Assembly (NCBI GenBank): GCA_002633005.1
Contig: NMRA01000001.1
Location: 3,455,695 to 3,519,694 of the forward strand
Source: Phoronis australis
Taxonomy: Eukaryota > Animalia > Phoronida
Direction of reading: 5' to 3'
Length of the DNA stretch: 64,000 nt
In this document: piece by piece, positions 49,301-61,300 of the stretch
How positions within the stretch are numbered: the first letter of the stretch is position 1
How the letters are laid out: each line of letters begins with the position of its first letter
The notes under the pieces: model-generated
Seen by the model: only the letters and a program-made list of their open reading frames with translations
Told to the model about the DNA's origin: nothing
Databases searched by the model: none
Translations under genes and position numbers: made by a program

Positions 49301-52300
49301 CATAAAAAATAATCGAACACAATATTATTACCCCCACATTATTGGTCGTTGTAGTTATTCTTATTATGCTGCATTCGTCATGACGGGGAATTCCAGTTGC
49401 ACTTAGCCGTCGTGATAAGAAATTCCTCAACATTTTGTCTGACTTTTTTGTGTGTACTGTAGGTTGGCTGGGAAATTACTGCGGATAGTGTGCGGTGGAG
49501 TTTACACGCAACTCTGCTCTCATATATCTTCAAATGTCACAGTTCGTTTTTTATCAAAATTCTATGTTGAACCTGAATTGTATGGCAGTTATTTGTAACA
49601 TAGTTGTTTCTTGTTCACTGCAACTAAATGTATTTTGTTCAATTTGTGGAGAATGTGGTGATGAAACGACGGGGGAAATATTATTGCAGTCTCAAGGTTT
49701 TTTTAAGTTTGTGAGCCAGTACTGTCATCCAAACTCTTATTCCAGTCATCTTTTGGTAAACAAACAAGAAAAATGTTATTTTTAACTTAATATGTGGTTC
49801 TAATACTGTCGTTTTATAGGCATGCAGTTTGGTAAGCAGTCTTGTGAAACTATGGTGTAATTATATCTTTTTGCACGACCATATCTTCCGTTGTTTTGGG
49901 GGCTTAAATGGGAAACAATGAAATGGTGGATAGTTTTTTTTTTGATGTTGTGAACTCCCTGTTTTGAAAGTAACATGGTGATCAAGCATGGTGGATTGGT
50001 GTTAGGTGATGTTCTAAAGGTGGTTTAGCCTACCTTTTGTCAAAATATGGTTTCTTCTCAAGATTAGAAGTAATTTGTTGGCTTGGAGAGAACTGGCAGC
50101 CTGTTGTTGCTCGAGATTTCTCGGCACATAAAAATGGCCGCCTAACATGGCCGCCCATCTTATTAGGCCTGGCCTAAAACAGCAACAAAACGTCAGTTTT
50201 TCCCAGGCCAAGAATTCAATTTCTAGGTAATAAGTTGCCTTTTTTACCAATGATTGTGGTAGTAGTAGTATCATAAAACTATATTTTTAAAACCCTTGAT
50301 GGTCACAGATTGTATCTTATTACGTGCATGAAAGCAGTACCCAGGTGTTCGGTATCACATGATCGTGTTGTTTCTCATGAATCATGATCTCATGGAGATT
50401 GCTGTATTTTTCACAAACATTATTTTTTGCATGAAACTTCAAAGAAAATCCCTTATAGGCTTTACTGGCTGATGGGATAATGAAACAGAACGTCCACATT
50501 ACTTTCAGATGCACAGGTTCATGTTTGTGGAAATTAAAGCCATCTTTTTATAAAAACGGGCCCATGTTAACAGGTATCTGAGCATAAGTTTTGTGCATGA
50601 AATTAGATTCTGCGACCATGAAGGGTTAAAAATATATGGTTTTTAGGTCAACTATTAATACATGCAAAGTTATTTAAGAAATTTAGATCATTGTTAATGA
50701 AGGTAGCCTATTACCTAAATGTAAGTAAATAACAGGTTGACAGCAGTTAGTAAGTTATGTTTGATTTCAACTTTGAACATAAAAAATAAGCATTTTAGTT
50801 TGCTCTTTCATAAAGGTAAAAAGCATTATTAGCTACATTGATGCCAAAGGGGAAATTAAATAAATACTGCTTTCAGTAATTAGTAGGGATCATCTCTTAG
50901 CATTGATTTCTGAAACGGCCCCCACCAACGTAAAGTACCCATGGGGGCTGTTTCGAGACCAAGAACCGAAAAAGCCCGTTTTGGTTTTTTTGTAATCGTT
51001 TTGCTTTTCTGACACGGTACGAAAATCATTTTTTCTGTTTTGGGGGCTTTTGTGGCTGCAAAAATTGGGGAAAAGGTGGATTATAAAAAATCCTTGATCC
51101 ATTTGTATTAATGTGCGTTCCAGCTAACTTCTTCCCTCTGCCATTTACAACTAATGATAAGAATTACATATTCATAAATAAATGATACTGTAATTGTTTC
51201 CCACTACTTTCCTACAGGGTAATGAAAACTATACAGGCATCGCAGCCAAGGATACAGCCAACTCACTCAAGGTTTTAATGAGTGCCGTGCGGGGAGTGGC
51301 CGCCACCACTAGTGATCGTGATGTCCAGCGACGGCTGATAGAGGCTGCCCAGGATGTGATGGACAAGTCTGCTAACCTGATAGAGGAGGCTAAGAAGGCA
51401 GTGGCCAACCCCAACAACCCTGATAATCAAAACAGACTGGCTCAGGTGAGACAATCAAACAGGTTAGCAAAGGTGAGACAATCCGATAGGTTAGCTCAGG
51501 TGAGCCAATCAGACAGGTGTGATAATCTGAACAGGCTGGCTTAGTTGAGAAAATAAGATCGAGCTAGTTCAGGTGTGACAGTCTGAACTGGCTGGCTCTG
51601 GGATGACAGTCTGATCAGGCTGCCCAAAGGAGACAATCAGACAGGCGAACTCAGGTGTGAAAATCTGAACAGACAATCAGATCTAGCTGTTTCAGGTTAA
51701 ACATTAAGACAGACCAGGTAGGCCCAGGGTGAGGCAAAAACAGATAGCATCTGGTGAGGTGGATTGTGAGGGTATTAATGAGTTTATTTTATTTAGATAT
51801 GGCCATGGGGCCTCGGGGTCTGTGGGTCAACTGAAAAGACCGTGTGGGTCAGATGCTTTTGTCTGCCTTAAACCTAAAAACCTGTTAGAGTCTGCCTGGG
51901 TTATGATGGGATAAACTGGCCATGTGGGCATTTTAAAATATTGACATTTAAAAAATTATAGAGTTCTCTTGTACCTAGTTTATGTGGAGGTTCATTGGGT
52001 ACAGTGGCATTTTGAATATATGGACTTCAGGTAAGTGATCACAGTACCCCATTGTATATTTGGATGCCCCAATGGTGTGTGTCCCTCCAAACTGAGATTT
52101 GATCTCAGCTGTATCTTGTCCACTTCTGCACAGACTGACGCTATATTATTTTACTTTCATGGACTATATCTTTAACTGTTTTGTTGTAATCCTTAGGTTG
52201 CCAAGGCTGTCTCGCATGCACTCAACAACTGTGTCAACTGCTTGCCTGGACAGAGAGACGTGGACGCTGCCATCAAACTTATCGCAGACTCGGGCAATCT

Positions 52301-55300
52301 GCTTTCTTCCGGCAAGGTAAGATGGCGGTTCACTGGTAGTGAGTAGTTGGATCAATCTGTTTTTATGTAGTCTAGGTTTTTTGGAATTTCCATTTTGAAT
52401 TAAATTTTGTAATTTTGTCTGATTGAATACGTACCTTAGCCTTTAACTTATATTAAGAATTTGCTTTTTTGTTCAAAACACGTCATCAAATATGGACCAA
52501 ACCAATGCACTTTCAACCCAGAAAGATAATAATATTGGCTTTTTTGTAGCTTCAAGTCACATCACTGTAATGTCCCTCACCCACTATTTGCACCTGAAAT
52601 GTTGCAGTTCCCAACCACTGACCGGCCGTACCAGGACATTCAGGTGTCACTCAATAATGCCGCACTCGACCTCAACCAGTCGGTATCTGACCTGGTGACA
52701 TCAGCCCGTGGTACACCCCAGCAGCTAGCTGGCTCATCAGCACAGTACAGCAAGTCATACCGTCACTTCATTGATGAAGGCCTCACCATGGCTGGTGCCA
52801 ACAGGGACCATGAAGCCCAGACCCAGATCGTCGGCGGCCTCAAGAGTGTCTCGATGGTCTCTAGCAAGCTGTTGCTGGCTGCCAAGTCAATGTCAGCTGA
52901 CCCGAATGCACCCAATGCTAAGAATACATTGACCCAGGCTGCAAGGTAGGATTCGAGTGGCAGTAGTTATGGTTTTTTCCAAGATTCAGTCTGTGACGTC
53001 AATCTTGGGCTCAACAAATTTTTCTACCCATATCATTCTTAGAGGATTTGAGTATGATGGGATCTATGGAAGATTCTTTGAGTCAAGATTTTGAGTTAAG
53101 AAATTGATTGTCTGGATTCATGATATGTGTTCATAACTGGTACCCCGTTACGTAATGAGAAGTCAGTGGGTAACATTGTTTGTGTTGAGTAGTTACTTTT
53201 AACTCTTGCACAGAAATCAGTGTTAGCTACAATAGGTGGAAATCTCAAGAAGTGTTAGTTAATGACAAGAGATTTCAGTCTATAGTATGTGTTATCAGGC
53301 AATTGGGAACTCTTGTATAGAATACAATGTTCATAAAGTCTCCGTGGTTGCAGAGCCGTGACTGAGAGTATTAATCAGCTAATCAACGTCTGTACAACGG
53401 CGGCGCCGGGACAGAAGGAGTGTGACGCCGCCTTGAGGCAGATACAGACAGTACGTGGACTGCTGGATAATCCCAACGAACCCGTCAATGGGAATTCCTA
53501 CTTTGAGTGCCTGGACTCAGTCATGGACAAGTCTAAGGTTAGTGTTACACTGGCCTAGGCCAGCGACTTGAGCTGTAAATATGAGGGTTGTGTTGTGGTG
53601 GTTTGGGCCTTACAGCTGGGGAATCTAATTATTGTTTGTGCTTTGTGGCAATGGAATGAGGTGTACGCATTGGACGACTTTTTATTTGTGAATCATTTGT
53701 TCTACCAGTTGTTGTCAATGTCTATGACTTAATACTACAGTGCCCAACATATTTTGTGTTTGAGGTATTAGAATACTAGACTATTTTTAAGTTTTTTCCG
53801 CTATAATTATATGGTTAACCCCAGGTTTGCGGCTGTCCGCTCTTGAGTGTACTCCAATGTGGAAGTTTATTTAAAGATATCCAGAGCACTGCTTTGTCAG
53901 TGAAACGCTTGGCAAACTGGACGAAGCTTAAGTCTTTGGCACAATTAAACTGAAGGTATAAAACTATATTACTTTATGTCCTATAGTCTCTAGGTGAAGC
54001 AATGACTGGCATAACAACGCACTCCAAGAGGGGCGAACTTGAAGACTTCTGCGACTCTGTGAAGAAGTTCGCCGACTCTGTCTGTGGCTTGACAGAGAGT
54101 GGAGCCCAAGCAGCATACTTAGTGGGCATCGCGGACCAGGCGTCTGAGCCTGGCAGGCCCGGTTTGGTCGACCAATCACAGTTTGCCCGTGCCAACAATG
54201 ACATCCAATTGGCCTGTCAAAACTTAACCAACCCAGCTAGCACCACTCAGCAGGTATGTTACTGAGAGTTATGCGCTGCTCTTTCAAGGTGTTGAACTTG
54301 TAAGCTTGCAGGATCTCACAAACATAGTCACACAAACACGAACACAAAAATGACTGTCCACATGTGTTAACAAACTTTACGGTAAAGAAGTGAGGTCTGA
54401 GAAGAGGTGAGAACACAGATTGTCAAACGTGGCAGGTCTTTTAACTGTTTGCTGTGCCAGCACATCAAATGAACAGTGCCTGGTCAGTGTTTAAACAATT
54501 AAAGTTTCTGATTTTTTTAAATTTGTTTTAAAATCTTAAGTTTCGCATACATTTCAGCATTCTTTTGTTGTAGGTTTGTACTTTTTATTTGGAGGTTTTT
54601 TAAAAGCTTGTTGCTTATAGCCAAATTGTAGATGTTTTACCTTTGAGATTACTATGCTTCAATTCTATTGCATCTTTAGGAATTCAGACCTGTAGTAAGT
54701 ATCTTTAAGTTCATCCACTTCAGTTGTGTTGTGTTTTGAATTTGGTGGTTGGAGACGTGCACACTTTTTCACCATGTTGTAAGTTCCGCATTGTGCGCAA
54801 TAGTTTTGTCTAAAGGCGTTCCTGTCGAAATATGTTTAAAAGGGCAGATGCTGGATTTCTGAAGGTATCTGCTAGACGTGTATTGTGTTGTTATAATTGT
54901 GTTCCTCGTTTGTTCTGATTGTTCTTTAAATCTTTCCTGTACTTGTTGTTATTGTACTCTGTCAAGTTTTACTCACATGTTACTACCTTCGGTGTTCACG
55001 AAATGTACGGCAACAAAATGGAGTTTCATGAAACTTCACAAATTGTTTTTAATGTCCTTCATGTAAAACACGAATGGTTACTTACACTGCTGTTCATTAT
55101 GTTGAAAAAAGATTTATTTGGTACAGGTACCATGATAATATTCAGTTCAATAGTCGTAGTTTGTGAATACATTATTCATTAATTTTTATGATTCATTCGG
55201 ATGGTTAGGCTGAATTAAGACATTGAATTCCATTCTTTCTACCGATAAACCGTGTTTTAAAAAAACTTAGTGTTCTTGGGTAGTTTACAAAATATTAAAC

Positions 55301-58300
55301 TTTGTTCTACCTTGCGGTGTGCAATCGCATTGTTTTGTTTCTGAAAGTTTTCTTGTATCTGTTACTATCGTCTGTTTTTGTCTGGTTTCTTGACGTCTGT
55401 GTTTGTTACAGGTGTTGTCTGCTGCCACTACTGTTGCCAAACACACGTCTGCCTTGTGTAACGTCTGCCGGGTTGCTTCTTCCAAAACCAACAACCCTGT
55501 TGCCAAACGTCACTTTGTGCAGTCTGCAAAAGATGTCGCTAACAGTACTGCCAATCTGGTTAAGGCTATCAAAGTATGTTGAATTCTGTCTTTAAGTGTT
55601 GTCAGATATCCATTGGTCTCTACTAAATCTTGTTGTTGAATTGTTAATTACTCTATGTAATTGAATATTCTTATGAGTTAGAGGAAGTGATTGAAGTGGA
55701 AGGTCTTAAAATAAGGAACTCAGCAAATGATGCTCGCAGGAATAATTTAACTTTTTAAAAAAATATTGTACCCTTGGTATAACAATTGCTAAGGTAGAAT
55801 AATAAAAGTTTTTTTGACATTTCTGTAAAATGGGACTTAAGTATAATGTAAATGAAACTAATAATTATATTTCAGTAGTTTAATTGTACTTTCCTTGCTC
55901 ATCTTTAGACCCTAGACAGTAACTTTACCGAAGATAACCGCCAGAAGTGCTCGGACGCTGCCAGGCCTCTAATTGAGGCTGTGGAGAAACTGACTGAGTT
56001 TGCGTCCTCGCCCGAGTTTGCTAGCGTACCTGCTAGAATTAGCAAAGAGGTGAGTTGAGGTAACGCAGAGTCATGGGCGGCGCACCATAGGGTGCTGGGA
56101 GGCTATAGCCCCCACTTTTTTCAGTGCTGTGCCACCCATGAGAGTTATGGTTCATGTTTACATTGTCACTGTTGCTATGCAACCCTGGTGAGTCATGTTC
56201 TTAGTAAACAAGAGTGAAGTGTACTTGAAAGCCATGTTTAGTTCATGGGGTCATAGACGAACACGTCCAAATTCATATGTGTTTCCTGGTGGTGGCTACC
56301 CACTGAGCTGCACGGTAGCAATTATAGTCTAGACGAGAAATAAACAGGCAAAGCACGCTCAGATTCATGTGAAATAGATATTAGACGGATTTAAGATGTC
56401 GAGTTACAAAACAGTAACTGCTATTGGTGAACTGTTTAGACCAGCGTTCATGGTTTCTCTCACTCAGTTATGTGAATTCGTCTACTTATCTGGTACCATT
56501 GAATTTAGAGCAGAGAAAACCTCATCACTTAAATTTATACAAAATTAGTGTACAAAGTTGCTCACATCCAAAAACTGTAGCGACCTAAATGCATTTCAGA
56601 GCTTGTTTTGAATCATTTGCGTATTAAGATCTGTTAAAATCTTCTCTTTACTCTGCTAGGCCCGTCGTGCTCAAGAGCCAATCATATCTGCTGGCAAAGC
56701 CATGATTGATGGCGCCTCTCGCATGGTAACAGCTGCCAAACAGCTGGCTGTCAAGCCACAGGACCCTCATACCTACCAAGGCTATGCCACACACTCCAAG
56801 AGCCTGTCCGACGCTATCAAGAGATTGGTCTCCTCCATCAAGTAAGTCACATGACTTAGTTCAAAGTCCAACTTATGATTTTGTTTCTGTTTTATAATTG
56901 ATGTCACAGGTAACTCATTTTTTGGCGTTTTATGCCTATTAACAGTAGGACTATAGACCGAGATTTTGTTGTTTCTGCCATAGGGACACTGCTCCAGGAC
57001 AGAAGGAATGTGATGAATCTATTGAGAAGGTGAACTCTGCTATTAAAGACCTAGATCAGGCCTCTCTAGCAGCTATAAGTCAGAATCTGGCACCGAGGAA
57101 TGACAACTCCCAACAGGTAGGCAAAATGAACTTTGCTTTATCTGAACGTGCACTGCTAAACATGTAATTTGTAAAATTCGCGTTGTGTTGTTAAAATATA
57201 AACAGTTTACTGCACTAATACAAAGTCCATGAAACAGTTTTTAAGTGACTCGTCAATGGTATTAGTAATTAAATTTAAATGTAATCGACTTTTGTTACCA
57301 GATTTTTCTGAAGTCTTGAATTGATTGTAACTAGTTGCTGTGTTTTCAATAAACTGCTCGTATTTTAGCTACTAGCATTATGATCATGTAATCATAAAAC
57401 CCCATGTTGCGAGTTTTTCTCACCAACAATACCATTTGACCAGGGATTCCAAGAGCAGATGACCAATAGTGCTAAGGAGATTCTTGACACCATTGATGGC
57501 ATCCGCGACGCCGCTAAAGGGGAAGCAGAGAAACTAGGTCACCTGGTGTCCACCATGTCAAACTACTTCGACCCGTTGTCAGATGGTGCCATTGGTTGTG
57601 CCTCCACCATGATGAACTCTAAACAACAGATGACGATTCTTGACCTGACCAAAACTGTTGCTGAATCAGCGCTACAGTTCACGTATGCATGCAAGGAGGG
57701 TGGCGGAAATCCTAAGGTTGGTGGAGACCTCTGTTGGTCACTGTTGGTCGTATCTGTTGTCTAGACCTGGATTTCAGTGTTATTCCTTCTGAGTTTAAAT
57801 ACCACTAGTTATCAACCATGAGATCATGGGCACCATTCCATCTTACAGCAATGTGCTATTGGTAGGACTTTCATTGGAACTTTATCTCGTGTCTTTTTGA
57901 AGGCTTCTTATCCTCATCGAAGTTTAACACAGGCAAAAAATTTGAAAATCTCAGAGCTGCAGTAGTTTCTGATTTAATTTCTTCCCATCGCAAATTGGCG
58001 AAATTTCAAAACAAAAATTTTTGGCTCATTTTCTAGTTAACAATTCCGTGTTTATTTTCTTCCGAGCTTTCACCACACAATGGAGCCAATCAAATTACAT
58101 CGAAATTCACAATTTTTTAAAGATAGTGCGCTTGTTTTGATTGTGTGGGTGTGTTGTAGTGATCACGCACACAATATAACTAAGGGGTGTCTCCCGCACT
58201 GTTAGCTACGCATACTGGAGAACAAGTGGGCTGTAAAATATTTGTAGTTTTGAATCATTGCTTTCATTGGTAAGACTTGTTTTCGTCGTTTTGACCCAGT

Positions 58301-61300
58301 TTCATACCGTAATTCTTCAAAGTTGCTTTCTGAAACTACTCCCACAGGTCTGTCAATCTTCATTCCAGGCCACGCCCACTCATGGTGCCATAGACGAGGC
58401 AGCAGATGGTGTCAAGGAAGCACTTGATGATCTGCTGAAGGTGTTGGATGACGCTGCTTCATCAGCAGGCGTGGTCACCATGATGATTGACGGTATCAAT
58501 AAGGCTATGAGCAGGGTACGTGACAGCTGGGTTGTGTTTTGTTGCTGTTGTGGGCGTGGGCAATATAAAGACAAATGAATCCCTTTAAAATTGACGTACT
58601 CATGGTAAACCCTTGATACTTCTTTATACAAACTAGGATTATTAGTGTTGCGAATTTTAGTTTACAACTTAGAAACTTTTAAAATTTACAACATATACAA
58701 CTTTATTTTCAGACCGAGGAAGGCATGCAGCTAACAGAGGGCATGTCATTTGTCGACTATCAGACAAACATGGTTCGACTAGCCAAACAAATCGTTCGTT
58801 GTGCTCAAGACATGGTAGGCAGTGTCACTTCTTTGTAGGATTAAGTTCAGGCTACACATTGATTCAATGTTGTTTTTGGTAAATTTAAAATGAATTAACA
58901 ACTTGTAGAAATTAAAATGAACGGTGTTTTAATGTTGTTTGAAATAGCCTGCTTCTAAAAAATTGACCATTTACTTTGAGTAAGTGCACAAATTTGAACT
59001 TAAGTCATGCGACGGAATTAGTTAAGTTTCAAGTCGAAGACTTAAGGCCAAGGTGTTTCTACTGTCCCACTTTGTCTTTAAGGCTGATGCTGGGTGAAGT
59101 CACAAATATGAAGCTACTTGTAAAAGGTCTTAGTTGTGCTGCGATGAAAGCAATGATGTTGTTTTTTAGGTTGGCAAATCTGGTACTAATCCAAGTGAAC
59201 TCGGTCATCTAGCCAGCTGTCTTACCAAAGATTACAGTCATCTGTGTGAAGAGTCACATGGAGCAGTCACACTCTCACCTAACCAACAAGTGAGCCTTGA
59301 AACTTCAGATTCCGAGTTTTCGTTTTCAAGGCAGATATGGTTTGCATTAATTTAAAGAAAAGCTATTCTGGTGTGTGAATAAATATACTATAATTAATAT
59401 ACTATACATTGTGTGAACAGTATGTTATACAGCGTGGCAAGCGTGGCAACTCTGTATCACGCAAAAAGTGTTTTCTAATTTCACGCCATCTTTCTGTACT
59501 CCTACTATTCAAGTAACGAAAATAGCAATTTGAAATTTGTTTTGCGCTTAACAAATTTTTGGTTTTGATTTTCCAGACTGTCGTGTTAAATTCAGGAATA
59601 TTAAGTTGATAACTGGGAGACACAATTGCATGAAATAACGACTTCATTACTTTGTTATAAAAATGCTAACTACAAATATTTTGACGTTTTAAAAAGTTGG
59701 TCCACATCTTTCAAGGTGATATAATTACCTGACTTGACTCCTAATAGACCACTTAATGTGCTTTAAGACCTAAAAGAATTTTGATCATAAAGATTAAAAT
59801 TGAATGATGTAATTGATCATAAAGGTATGTGTGAGTAAAGGATGACTGTTTTGCTTTGAAGATTAAGACTAAACGTATTCTTATGTGTTGTTTTCTCTCA
59901 GGTCGGCTACAAGATTAAGTCCCGTGTTCAGGACCTGGGCAGTAGCTGTATAGACATTGTCCAGGGTGCCAGGCAAGTACAGTTGAACCCAGTTGACAGG
60001 TTTGCACAGAGGGAGTTATCGGATCATGCCCGGGCAGTCTCGGAAAAGGTATGGTGCCATGCATTACACATGCTTGTCTGATAACGCCACACCTTTTTTT
60101 CAAAGTTGGCTTCATTTATCAAATGTTCCACACTTCATTTTCAGTAGACACACACCGGATATGTTATTATTTAAATTGATGTTTTAAACCAAAACTGACA
60201 AGTGAAATTCATATACTGTGCAAACTCGTTTTAATCTGTTTTTCAAAAGATATTCTGTGTTCTTTTTTGTCTCTTTGGCAAAACGAGAGCATCTATGTAA
60301 ATGGATTTTGAATTGGATGCCCACACAAGCTGACACAATGGAGTTTTTCTTGACTGTATAAATCCTTGCTGTTTGTGAGTTTATGTGTAGTTCATTGTAT
60401 TAACCAACTGCAGTGCAATGTTGTCTTCAGTTGTGTTGCACCTACATTTTCAATGAAGCTCTTGAAGATCTATGCTTGTGAATGTCCATTCATTTGATGG
60501 ACTCTAGTCATAGTTATTTGTGATCTCTTGTGACCCCATATATGTATGTTGCCAGGTGACAGCTGTGTTGTCCTCTCTACAAGAGGGCTCGCGCGGCACC
60601 CAGGCCTGCATCAATGCTGCTAGTGTGGTCAGTGGAATCATTGGTGACCTCGACACCACTATCATGTTCGCCACGGCGGGAACACTTAATGCTGATGATG
60701 GTGACTCATTTGCCGATCATAGGTACGTGACGTACAGAAGCAAGGCTGTTGTGACTTCTAACATTCTCGATTGAATTTGCAGATACCAGGAAAAAGCATG
60801 GCATCATTGAAACTGTCAACCATTATTTTAGTAACACAGTAACTGACCACATTTTTTTCTGTTCACCAACTGAGCGATGAGTTTAAGCAATTTCATATAA
60901 CTTGATGTCTTTTGTTGAAATGCTCAGATTTCAGAGTATTCTGCTTTAAGAATTTGCCAGTATTTTTTGGCGTGGCCATGTTGCTTCAAATTATTAAGCT
61001 GAATTTCCGTTCTCTCTAACTTGTAACCAAATTTCAGTCAAAAATATTGTGTTGTATATCCACACTGTCTCTTTCAGAGAAAATGTCCTAAAGACTGCTA
61101 AAGCCTTGGTGGAAGACACCAAGACCCTGGTGGCTGGGGCTGCCTCTGACCAGGAACAGCTGGCCTCAGCTGCCCTCAGTGCTGTCAAGACTATCACACG
61201 GTTGGCTGATGTTGTGAAGTTTGGTGCCGCCTCACTGGGCTCGGAACAACCAGAGGCTCAAGTGTTGCTGATCAATGCAGTCAAGGATGTGGCGTCAGCG

